A stretch of 56,265 nt of DNA from Sandaracinaceae bacterium (GTDB taxonomy: Bacteria > Myxococcota_A > Polyangia > Polyangiales > Sandaracinaceae): contig JBGAQA010000010.1 in the NCBI GenBank assembly GCA_044220955.1, positions 1 through 56,265 of the forward strand, written 5' to 3'. Under the pieces are notes generated by a model. It had not been told where the DNA came from, did not search any database, and was given only the letters and a program-made list of their open reading frames with translations. Shown in pieces: positions 12,318 to 20,946 of this stretch; the stretch's first letter is position 1, and every line of letters begins with the position of its first letter. The position numbers and the translations under genes were made by a program.

Positions 12318-12887
12318 TCACCGTATCAGCTTCGACACGGACTTGAACGCATCGCCGCTCGCGCGGCGCACGAGGTCGAAGAGCACTGCCTCGGTCGAGG
12401 TCGGAACGGCGCCTGCGGCCGTCCAGAGCCCCTCGGCGAGCCGGCGGTTCTCGGCGGTACGCGACGCGGTCGCGTCGGCGACCACGAGAACCTGGAAGCC
12501 GCGGTCGACGAGGCCGCGCGCCGTCTGGGCCACGCAGATGTGCGCCTCCATCCCGGCCAGCACGAGGGTTCGAACGCGTGCCTGCTGGAGGCCCTCCAGC
12601 GCGGCCGACACGGCCGGGTCGTCGCAAGCGTCGAAGTCGAGCTTCTCCAGCACGCTCACGGGCGTCGCGAAGGCGCCGAGTCGCTCCCGGAGTGGCGCCA
12701 GGGTGGGGCCGAGGCCCTTGGGGTACTGCTCGGTGACGAGCAGCTGCACGCCCAGCGCCCGGGCGCCGTCGATCAAGCGCCCGATGTTCTCGAGGGCCGG
12801 TCCCTGAGGCATCGCGGCGGCGAGCCGCTCCTGCACGTCGATCACCATCAGCGCGGTCGTCTCGGGGCTGGGTCGGGTGAGCGTCAT
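12318..12887 (-). CDS. Isochorismatase-family cysteine hydrolase
   Basis: LMVIDVQERL, TEQYPKGLGPT, GMEAHICVAQT, DATASR. Confidence 0.92.
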   Translation of the reverse strand: MTLTRPSPETTALMVIDVQERLAAAMPQGPALENIGRLIDGARALGVQLLVTEQYPKGLGPTLAPLRERLGAFATPVSVLEKLDFDACDDPAVSAALEGLQQARVRTLVLAGMEAHICVAQTARGLVDRGFQVLVVADATASRTAENRRLAEGLWTAAGAVPTSTEAVLFDLVRRASGDAFKSVSKLIR

Positions 12888-12950
12888 CGTTCGGAAAGCC
12901 AGACTACGTCATCGGTCGCGAATCGGGCACCCACCTCGACGCCTCGGCGA

Positions 12951-13727
12951 TCAGAACGCGTTCTTCGCCTCGCGGACGCGCGCGAACACCTCGTCGTCGC
13001 TCGCAGCGTCGCCCCTGCTCGCTGCGAACGCTCGCACGGCGGGGATCGCCCAGCGCAGGAAGGGATTGGTCGCTCGCTCGAGCGCGATGGTGCCGCCGAT
13101 GGTCGGCTTGCCCGTCGCCCGCTGATCGCGTGCGTCGGCGAGGCGCGAGGCGATCGCGCGATCCTCGGGCTCGACCCGCTGCGCGAATTCCAGGTTCTTC
13201 ACGGTGTACTCGTGCCCAGACAGCACTCGCGTGTCGCCGGGCAGCGCCGCCAGCTTCGCCAGCGACGCGCGCATCATGGGCATCGTCCCCTCGAACACCC
13301 GACCGCACCCGCCAGAGAACAGGGTGTCGCCGGTGAGCGCCAGCCCCTCGCCCACGAACGCGATCGCTCCGAGCGTGTGCCCCGGGATGTCCATGATGGC
13401 GAAGCGCGCCTCCCCGAGGGCCACTTGGTCCCCCTCGTCCAGCACGCGCGTCTGCCGCGGGATGCGGCCGTGCTCCCGGTCGTAGCGGCTCCCGAGCACG
13501 TCGAGCTTGCCGTACGCGTCGACGATGTCCTCGACACCGCCCACGTGATCGGGGTGGTGGTGCGTGCACCAGATCGCCTCGAGCTCCACCTCGCGTGCGC
13601 GCAGCACGTCGAGCACCTTCTTCCCCTCCGAAGGATCCACGAGCACGGCCCGGCGCGTCTCGCGCTCCACGAGGAGGTACGCGTAGTTGTCGCGCAAGAG
13701 GGCGATCGGCTCGAAGTCGATGGTCAT
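12951..13727 (-). CDS. gloB: Hydroxyacylglutathione hydrolase (glyoxalase II)
   Basis: DNYAYL, THHHPDHVGG, PGHT, TGDTLFSGGCGRVFEG, GHEYT, ERATNPFLR. ATG at 13727. Confidence 0.93.
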   Translation of the reverse strand: MTIDFEPIALLRDNYAYLLVERETRRAVLVDPSEGKKVLDVLRAREVELEAIWCTHHHPDHVGGVEDIVDAYGKLDVLGSRYDREHGRIPRQTRVLDEGDQVALGEARFAIMDIPGHTLGAIAFVGEGLALTGDTLFSGGCGRVFEGTMPMMRASLAKLAALPGDTRVLSGHEYTVKNLEFAQRVEPEDRAIASRLADARDQRATGKPTIGGTIALERATNPFLRWAIPAVRAFAASRGDAASDDEVFARVREAKNAF

Positions 13728-13839
13728 GCGGGGCTCCGGACCACGTACGCGATCGTCATCGGTCCAGAGGTCTACCCCTCGATCGCCGGGCTTGCATGTC
13801 GGGAGCGGACGCGGGAGAAAGTTTCGTGGAGGCTCGCTC

Positions 13840-14841
13840 ATGACCCAGACCGCCATCACGCAGCGCATCGCCATCGGCTCGAACCGCGACGGACGCCTCG
13901 AGGTGTTCTACGTCGCCGCCGACGGTGCCCTGAAGCACAACTGGCAGCGCACGCCGAACGGGCTCTGGGTGGGTGAGAAGACGCTGGCGAGCGCCGCCAG
14001 GAGCGTCGCGTGCGGCGTGAACCAGGACGGCCGCCTCGAGGTGTTCTGGATCACCCCCCAGGGCGCGCTCGAGCACGACTGGCAGAAGGAGCCGGGCGGA
14101 GCCTGGTTCGGCAAGGAGCAGCTCGCGGACGTGGCCAGCGCCGTCGCCGTCGAGAGCAACGCCGACGGTCGGCTCGAGGTCTTCTACGTCGGCGCGGGCG
14201 GCAAGCTCGCGCACGACTGGCAGACCGAGGCGAACGGCGACTGGCACGGCGCCGAGACGCTCGGCGAGAAGTGCAGCAGCGTCGCCGTCGGTCGCAACGC
14301 CGACGGCCGCCTCGAGGTCTTCTACGTGACCGAGGGCGGCGAGCTGCGGCACGACTGGCAGAAGGAGCCGAACGGCGACTGGTTCGGCTTCGAGAAGCTG
14401 GCCGACCGTGCGCGAGAGGTCGTGGTCGGCGCCAACGCCGACGGCCGCCTCGAGGCTTTCTGGCGCGACGGCCTCGACATCGTCTGGCACGACTGGCAGG
14501 CGACGCCGAACGGCGACTGGAGCGGCAAGCAGTCGCTCGGCGTCAAGGCGCGCCGCATCGACGTCGCCAAGAACCGCGACGGCCGCCTCGAGGTCTTCTT
14601 CATCGACCCCAAGGGCGAGATCCACAACACCTGGCAGGTCAGCCCGAACGGCGACTGGGGCACCGACGCCGAGGTGCTCGGCGAGGGCGCCACCGAGCTC
14701 GCGCTCGGCCAGAACCAGGACGGCCGCCTCGAGCTCTTCTACTGGGGCAAGGGCAGCGAGATCTGGCACAACTGGCAGCCGCACGCGGGCCAGGGCCCGT
14801 GGAACCCGATCGTGCACTACGACGCGCAGCCCGTCGGCTGA
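13840..14841 (+). CDS. PLL-type seven-bladed beta-propeller lectin
   Basis: Seven ~45-aa repeats of NxDGRLE(V/A/L)F...HxWQ..(N)GxW. GGAGG RBS before ATG 13840. No signal peptide. Confidence 0.85.
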   Translation: MTQTAITQRIAIGSNRDGRLEVFYVAADGALKHNWQRTPNGLWVGEKTLASAARSVACGVNQDGRLEVFWITPQGALEHDWQKEPGGAWFGKEQLADVASAVAVESNADGRLEVFYVGAGGKLAHDWQTEANGDWHGAETLGEKCSSVAVGRNADGRLEVFYVTEGGELRHDWQKEPNGDWFGFEKLADRAREVVVGANADGRLEAFWRDGLDIVWHDWQATPNGDWSGKQSLGVKARRIDVAKNRDGRLEVFFIDPKGEIHNTWQVSPNGDWGTDAEVLGEGATELALGQNQDGRLELFYWGKGSEIWHNWQPHAGQGPWNPIVHYDAQPVG

Positions 14842-14868
14842 CGACCGGGTCGGAGCGCGCGCCTCGGG

Positions 14869-15396
14869 TCAGGTGCGGCGGCGCGCGATCATCGCGGCCA
14901 GGGCGAGGCCGAGGAGCCACGCCCCGCTCGCGCTCGCGCGACGACCGACGCCGCACGCGCAGCCACCGCGCGACGTGCCACCGCCCGTTCCGGCATCCAT
15001 GCCCGTCGATCCTGCGTCCATCGCCGTCGAGCCCGCGTCGGAGCCGCCCGCGCCCGCATCCGTGCCCGCGCCGGCGTCCGGGACGGCGAGGCCCATGTCG
15101 GGCGTCGTCGTGGTGCCTGCGTCCTGGTCGATGACGTGGCAGCGACCCTCCCCCTCACAGCTCGGGCGGCCCGAGAGCGCGCTGCACCCCTGACCCGGAC
15201 AGCACTGGATCGGCGTGCCCGCGCAGCCGCCGGTCGCGTCGTCCCACTGGATGCAGAAGGCGGGCGCTCCGAACATCGCGACGCACTCGGCGCTGCTCGC
15301 GCAGGGCGTGCACCCGCCGGCGTGGGCGGTGCCCGGCGCGAGCGCGACGGACGAGAGACCGAAGGCGAGCACCAGCGAAGCGAGTCGGCGATCCAT
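14869..15396 (-). CDS. Secreted Cys-rich protein with MYXO-CTERM-like sorting tail
   Basis: Signal peptide ..TAHA|, Cys-rich domain, DAG linker, C-terminal GGCACGVG..WLLGLALAAMIARRRT. Confidence 0.8.
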   Translation of the reverse strand: MDRRLASLVLAFGLSSVALAPGTAHAGGCTPCASSAECVAMFGAPAFCIQWDDATGGCAGTPIQCCPGQGCSALSGRPSCEGEGRCHVIDQDAGTTTTPDMGLAVPDAGAGTDAGAGGSDAGSTAMDAGSTGMDAGTGGGTSRGGCACGVGRRASASGAWLLGLALAAMIARRRT

Positions 15397-15460
15397 GCGC
15401 GGAGCGTAACCCTCGGCGCCTGCTTGACGCCAAGTCCCGGCGAACCCACAAACGCGACCC

Positions 15461-16570
15461 GTGTCGGCCGCCCTCTCCGAAGACCTCGTCTCCGCCGCGA
15501 TCGCGGGCGTCATGGATCCCGTGTTCGGGCGCGCGATGACGGCGATCGGGACGCTCTCGATCGCGTCGATCGAGGGTGATGCGATCAAGCTCGCGGCGAA
15601 GCTGCCCGCGCCCTCGCCCGACAACGAGAAGCGCGTGCGCGAGCGCGTCGAGAGCGTCCTCGCTCCGCTCTCGCCCTCCACGATCGAGATCGCGTTCAGC
15701 GTCGAGGTGCCGACGCGCGAGGTGATGGGCGACGACCCCGTCCCCGGCGTGAAGAACGTGATCCTCGTGATGAGCGGCAAGGGCGGCGTCGGCAAGAGCA
15801 CGACGGCGGTGAACCTCGCCCTCGGCCTCAAGCGCCTCGGGATGCGCGTCGGCCTGCTCGACGCGGACGTCTACGGTCCCTCGATCCCCACGATGATGGG
15901 CGTCAGCGGCTCGCCCGTCTCGCGCGACGGGAAGACGATCGCTCCGCACGAGCGCTTCGGCGTGAAGATGATGAGCATCGGCTTCATGCTCGAGGACGAC
16001 AAGCAGGCGGTCGTCTGGCGCGGGCCCATGCTCCACTCGGCGCTCACGCAACTGCTGCGCGACGTGGACTGGGGCACGCTCGATGCGCTCGTGCTCGACC
16101 TGCCGCCCGGCACGGGCGACGTCGCGCTCACGATGGCGCAGAAGCTCAAGGTGACCGGCGTCGTGATGGTGACGACGCCGCAAGAGGTCGCGCTGGCCGA
16201 CGTCTACAAGGCCGTCTCGATGTGCGGCAAGCTCAACATGCCCATCCTCGGCGTCGTCGAGAACATGAGCTGGTTCGTCGATCCGGCGGGGAACAGGCAC
16301 GAGCTCTTCGGCAAGGGCGGCGGGCAGAAGATCGCCGACTTCGCCAAGGCGCCGTTGCTCGCGCAGATCCCCATCGTGACGAGCGTGCGCGAGTGGGGCG
16401 ACAGGGGCATGCCCGTCGTCGAGGCCGAGCCCACGAGCGAGCCGGCCAGGGCGTTCATGGCGCTCGCGGAGCGCGTGACCGAGGCCGTCGCGCAGCACCA
16501 CTTCGCGCGCACGGGCGGCGAGAAGGCGCCCGCCGGCAAGGGCCCCACGCGCCTCAAGATCATCCGCTGA
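15461..16570 (+). CDS. apbC: Mrp/NBP35 Fe-S cluster carrier ATPase
   Basis: SGKGGVGKSTT, LDADVYGPSIP, WRGPM, DLPPGTGD, VTTPQ, GVVENMS. Confidence 0.93.
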   Translation: MSAALSEDLVSAAIAGVMDPVFGRAMTAIGTLSIASIEGDAIKLAAKLPAPSPDNEKRVRERVESVLAPLSPSTIEIAFSVEVPTREVMGDDPVPGVKNVILVMSGKGGVGKSTTAVNLALGLKRLGMRVGLLDADVYGPSIPTMMGVSGSPVSRDGKTIAPHERFGVKMMSIGFMLEDDKQAVVWRGPMLHSALTQLLRDVDWGTLDALVLDLPPGTGDVALTMAQKLKVTGVVMVTTPQEVALADVYKAVSMCGKLNMPILGVVENMSWFVDPAGNRHELFGKGGGQKIADFAKAPLLAQIPIVTSVREWGDRGMPVVEAEPTSEPARAFMALAERVTEAVAQHHFARTGGEKAPAGKGPTRLKIIR

Positions 16571-16741
16571 GCACGAGCGGCGAGGCGAGCATCTGAGCCG
16601 GCCGTGTGCAGATCCGGCTACTTAGCCGGTGCACGCGCCAATCCTTCGGATGGAGCAGCGGCTCGACGAGCGTCCGTACGCGATCGAGATGGACGCCCTC
16701 ACGCTCATCGACTGCGAGTGGGGTGTTCGGTGTGCTCGATC

Positions 16742-18676
16742 TCAGCCCGGACGTGTGCGCGCTCGACGTGATGCGGAGACGCTCGCGACCCAGCGCCCAA
16801 ACGAGCCCGCAGTGCTCGTAAGTGTGGCGGAGGGCGCGGCTCCGGTCATCACGCTCGGCCCGCGGTAGATCTGGACGCGAGAGAGCCTGAACTCGCCGAC
16901 GACGAGGTCCGCGTGCAGGTCACCGTCGATGTCTCCGGCGCCCGCTGCCGAGTATCCGAACCAGCCGGCACCATCCGGCCCGGTCAGAGCTGCGAACGGT
17001 GCGGCGCCCGTGGCGACTCCTCCAGCACCGCCGCGATAGACGAGCGCCTCACCCCTGGTGCTCAGATAGCCATCGGCGCCGACGAGGATGTCGGAGAAGC
17101 CATCTCCGTCGACGTCGCCCGCCCCAGCGACGCTGCGGCCGAAGTCGCTCCCGCTCGTGCCGGTGAGCGTCGCCGACGGCGACGCGCTCGACGCGACACC
17201 GCTCGCGCTCCCGAGGTAGAGATACGCGCGTCCCGTCTCGCCGAGATAGAAGTACGCGCCGACGACGAGGTCCGCGTATCCATCGCCGTTCACGTCGCCT
17301 GCGCTCGCGACCGCGAGACCGAAGTAGGTGCGCGTTCCGTCCGGGCCCGTGAGCGTGGCCGACGGCGTGGCGTCGGTCGCGATGCCGCCGGAGCCACCGA
17401 AGTAGAGATACGCGCGACCCGTTCCCGTGGCGTACTGATACGAGCCTACGACGACGTCGCCGAAACCGTCGCCGTTCAGGTCGCCCGCGCCCGACACTGC
17501 GCTCCCGAACGCCGCGCCCATCCCATCGGGTCCCGTGAGCACCGCCGAGGGAGCCGCCCCGGATGGAAAGCCCGCGACGCTCCCTCGATAGACGTACGCG
17601 CGGCCGGTGAAGCTCGCGTAGGCGTCTGCGGCCACGATGAGGTCGCCGTACCCGTCGCCATCGACATCGCCCGCGCTCGCCGGGACCCCAAAGGACGTTC
17701 CGGGGCCGTCCGGGCCCACGATCGTGCAGGAGGGCGCCGCGCCCATCGCGATCCCTCCCGCGCCTCCAAAGTACACGTAGACGAAGCCCGCTGAGGTAGC
17801 CGCTCCGCCGAGGACGGCGAGATCGCCGTATCCGTCGCCGTTCACGTCACCGGCGCTCGAGACGTTGTACCCGAACCTCGTGCCGGCTCCGGCTGGATCC
17901 GTGAGCACCGCCGACGGCGTCGCCCCGGTCCCGATCCCGCCGCTTCCGCCGAGATAGACGAACACGCTCCCCGCGTCGCTGGTCGTGGCCCCAGGCGCGC
18001 CGACCACGACGTCGGCATACCCGTCGCCGTCGACGTCGACCGTCGTGCCGAACGATGTGTCCACCGCGGCCGATCGCGAGCCGACGTAGAGCTCCCACAC
18101 CGGGCTCGCCGTCGCGTCCGTCGCGCTCCCGTTGCGCGCATGGAGACGCCAGAACCACACACCGCTCGCGAGCGGGGCCGAAGGCCGCCCGCTCGTGCCG
18201 CTCACGTCGAACGCGACGCAACCGGACGTCATCGCGCGGTCGCGACAGAGTCCGACGTGCGCGCCATCGAAGCCGGCGAGCAGCGCCCAGCGAAACGTCG
18301 GCGTCTGCGACGTGACCGTCGATGTCGACAGCGGCGCAATCGGCCGCGCGGGTGATGGTGACGGCACGAACGCATCGACGCCGGCGTCGATCGGCCCAGC
18401 GTCGGCGCTGGCGTCGTCTGGTACGAGCGCATCGGCGCTCGCATCCGTGATCGCCGAATCCTCCCCGACGTCGAAGGGCACGAACGCGTCCAGGCCCGCG
18501 TCGGCATGGACGACGCCTCCATCCATGCTCGACGCGGCGTCGGGGCCGCTCGACGCCGCATCGGTGCCGCCATCCCGTGTTGGCGGCGTCGCGCCCCCGC
18601 CGCAGCCAACGGCGATCGAGATACCGACCGCGAACGACGTCGCGAGGATTGCTCGAACGTCCGTCGGTGCCGACAC
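16742..18676 (-). CDS. FG-GAP / integrin-alpha beta-propeller lipoprotein
   Basis: Lipobox AVGC, DAG linker, Ig-like domain (WFWRLHA), seven repeats of AGD(V/L/I)(N/D)GDG(Y/F)xD(L/V/I)xVGA with Ca-binding DxDGDG loops. Confidence 0.9.
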   Translation of the reverse strand: MSAPTDVRAILATSFAVGISIAVGCGGGATPPTRDGGTDAASSGPDAASSMDGGVVHADAGLDAFVPFDVGEDSAITDASADALVPDDASADAGPIDAGVDAFVPSPSPARPIAPLSTSTVTSQTPTFRWALLAGFDGAHVGLCRDRAMTSGCVAFDVSGTSGRPSAPLASGVWFWRLHARNGSATDATASPVWELYVGSRSAAVDTSFGTTVDVDGDGYADVVVGAPGATTSDAGSVFVYLGGSGGIGTGATPSAVLTDPAGAGTRFGYNVSSAGDVNGDGYGDLAVLGGAATSAGFVYVYFGGAGGIAMGAAPSCTIVGPDGPGTSFGVPASAGDVDGDGYGDLIVAADAYASFTGRAYVYRGSVAGFPSGAAPSAVLTGPDGMGAAFGSAVSGAGDLNGDGFGDVVVGSYQYATGTGRAYLYFGGSGGIATDATPSATLTGPDGTRTYFGLAVASAGDVNGDGYADLVVGAYFYLGETGRAYLYLGSASGVASSASPSATLTGTSGSDFGRSVAGAGDVDGDGFSDILVGADGYLSTRGEALVYRGGAGGVATGAAPFAALTGPDGAGWFGYSAAGAGDIDGDLHADLVVGEFRLSRVQIYRGPSVMTGAAPSATLTSTAGSFGRWVASVSASRRARTRPG

Positions 18677-18785
18677 GCCATGATGGTACGGCGCATGTCG
18701 CGCCGCGAACAGCGCCGACGAGGAAGCAAGCGCGGGGCGAAGTCTCGCTCCTCGTGACCTCCGGCGCAGTTCAGAGCGACGCTAC

Positions 18786-19616
18786 TTAGCCGCAGAGGAG
18801 CATCGTCTCGAAGAAGACGTGGCCGTCGCGCTCGACGCAGCTCGCGCCGGGCGGGGTCGTCGCGCACCCGCACGCGTTGCAGCCCGGCTCGAGCAGGGCG
18901 CACGAGTGCACGATGCCGTCGGTCGGTCCGCACTCGGCGGTGCACGCCTGGCCGCGCTCGCACGTTCCCTCGCCGCACGCGAAGGTGCCGCTCGGATCGC
19001 AGTCGAAGCAGTCCACGTCGGGTCCGGGGCCCCACACCCCGGCGGTGCACATGAAGCCGGTGCCGCAGCACGGGTTGCCGCAGATCTGGCCCTCCGCCGC
19101 GCACGAGGTCCCCTGCGCGGCGGCGCCGCTCACGGGGCAGGCCATCGGGAGCGGCGGGCACACGATCTCGGGGCAGGGCGCGGGCGCCCAGTGCCCCGAG
19201 ACACACGTCATCGCGGGCCAGCCGGTCCCGCCGAGCGTCGGACAGCACTCGCCGCACGAGGCGCCCTCGCTGCTGCAGCGGTCGCCGACGCTGGGCTGCC
19301 GCCCGCACCAGCAGACGGGATCGGGCTCCGCGACGAGGCAGCGCCAGCGGCCGCCCGCGCAGTCGCACTGCATGAAGCTGCCGCAGACGTCGGTCCCACC
19401 GTTGGTGCAGCGCGCTCCCTCGACCGAGCACGCGGTGCCGGGCGTGCCGAAGGGATCGATGTCGCTCGGGCAGAGCGCGGAGAACGCATCCTGGGCGACG
19501 CCCCCGTCCTCGCTGGAGGTGCCGGCGTCGGCCGTCGGGACGTAGGGACGCTCGAGGCCGCAGCCGAGGGTCGAGAGGGCGAGCGAGAGCGCGCAGAGCG
19601 CGAGGAGCCGGGTCAT
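18786..19616 (-). CDS. Cys-rich lipoprotein
   Basis: MTRLLALCALSLALSTLGC, then repeated modules GxxCxxEGxxC...CxxGxW. Confidence 0.8.
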   Translation of the reverse strand: MTRLLALCALSLALSTLGCGLERPYVPTADAGTSSEDGGVAQDAFSALCPSDIDPFGTPGTACSVEGARCTNGGTDVCGSFMQCDCAGGRWRCLVAEPDPVCWCGRQPSVGDRCSSEGASCGECCPTLGGTGWPAMTCVSGHWAPAPCPEIVCPPLPMACPVSGAAAQGTSCAAEGQICGNPCCGTGFMCTAGVWGPGPDVDCFDCDPSGTFACGEGTCERGQACTAECGPTDGIVHSCALLEPGCNACGCATTPPGASCVERDGHVFFETMLLCG

Positions 19617-19710
19617 GCCGCCGTCCGTAGCATCCGACATGCCGTGAGAAGTGCGCCGAGGTGAGCCGATCGGTCGGGGTACGGGTCGTGCTGCCGCGCG
19701 ACGCTCGGTC

Positions 19711-20919
19711 ATGTCGTCGCGCTCGCTCGCGTTCGTGCTCTCGCTCACGCTCGGTCTGCCGGGCTGCTACCTCGCGCACGAGCGTCCGCCGCCCGACGCC
19801 TCCTCTGCGCCCGACGCCTCCTCTGCGCCCGACGCCTTCTCTGCGCCCTGCGCCTGGGAGGCGCTGCCGGCGTGGCAGCTCACGCGCCCGCCGGGCGATC
19901 AGTCGCTGCTCGACCTCGCGGCGGTTCCGGGCGGCGACTTCGTCGTCGCGTGGGGCTCGTCGAACGACCCCCCTCCGGATCCCGTCCGCCACGCGCAGCA
20001 CGTCGGGCTCACCGGTCCCGTCGGCGCGCGCACGGACGTCTTCGCCGCGCCGCGCGGCTTCTTCGTCGGGGGCATGGGTCTGGCGGTCGGGCCCAGCTCG
20101 ATCCTCGCCGCGACCTGGGACGAGGGCGGATGCCTCGTACGCCTGCTCGACCGCGAGGGCGCGCCGCTCGCGCCGAGCCGTCCGCTCTCGCTCTCGAGCT
20201 GCGTCGGCGTGCACGCCGTGGGCGACGGGTTCGCGATCTTCGACCGGCCCGGGGACGCGCCCGCGGCGCTGCACCGGCTGGACACCGACGGCGCGCTCGT
20301 GTCCAGCGGGCCGGCGATCCCCGTGCTCGACGGCGCGTTCTGGTGGGGACGCGCGCGTCTCGACGACGGGACCACGCTCGTCGTCGGGATGCACGACGGC
20401 GTCGAGCCGGTGCGCGCGAGCGTGCAGCGCGTCGGCGCGAGCGGCGAGCTGCTCGGCGAGCCGCTGGCCCTGCCCACGTTCGCCGCGGCCAGCCGCGTGC
20501 GCGCGCTGCCGCTGGGCGACGGAGCGCTGCTCGCCTGGCTCGAGCAGCCCGAGGGTGATCCGCGCTCCCAGGATCGGCAGGTGCGCGCGTTTCGCGTCGA
20601 CCGAAACGGCAGCCCGCTCGAGGCGCCGCGGACGCTCGCCGCGCACGCGTACCGCGACGCCGGCCTCTCGCTCGCTCGTGCCGGCGACGGGGTCGTGGTC
20701 GTGTTCGTCGAGAGCCACGAGCCTCTGGGGATCGAGACGACGCTGGTCGCCCAGGTGCTCGACGCGAGCGGCGGGCTCTCCGAGCGCATCGTACTCGCCA
20801 CGGGACAGCTCGCGCGCACGCCGGTCGCGCGCGCCGGCGACGCAGGGATCGCCGTGGCGTTCACCGCCCCGGGACCCGGCCCCACGCAGGTCTTCCTCGC
20901 GGGCCTGGTGTGCCGCTGA
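19711..20919 (+). CDS. Lipoprotein, probable beta-propeller
   Basis: Lipobox LPGC, PDASSA repeats, then beta-rich repeats (FVVAW, LLAW, VVVF, IAVAF). Confidence 0.75.
   Translation: MSSRSLAFVLSLTLGLPGCYLAHERPPPDASSAPDASSAPDAFSAPCAWEALPAWQLTRPPGDQSLLDLAAVPGGDFVVAWGSSNDPPPDPVRHAQHVGLTGPVGARTDVFAAPRGFFVGGMGLAVGPSSILAATWDEGGCLVRLLDREGAPLAPSRPLSLSSCVGVHAVGDGFAIFDRPGDAPAALHRLDTDGALVSSGPAIPVLDGAFWWGRARLDDGTTLVVGMHDGVEPVRASVQRVGASGELLGEPLALPTFAAASRVRALPLGDGALLAWLEQPEGDPRSQDRQVRAFRVDRNGSPLEAPRTLAAHAYRDAGLSLARAGDGVVVVFVESHEPLGIETTLVAQVLDASGGLSERIVLATGQLARTPVARAGDAGIAVAFTAPGPGPTQVFLAGLVCR
19790..19846 (+). repeat. 18-bp coding tandem repeat (~3 copies)
   Basis: gcccgacgcctcctctgc-type unit about x3, encoding PDASSA/PDAFSA. 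Confidence 0.8.
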
Positions 20920-20946
20920 CGGGGCGGGCGTCCGCCCTGGAGCTCG

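Noticed and set aside
13840..14841. Regular ~135-nt nucleotide repeats (gacggccgcctcgag) resembling an array
   Set aside because: In-frame coding repeats of the lectin propeller, not CRISPR; no cas genes or unique spacers.
16571..16868. Short ORFs 16606..16821 and 16629..16868
   Set aside because: Weak codon bias, no motif and overlap with the FG-GAP gene end; at most a gene remnant.
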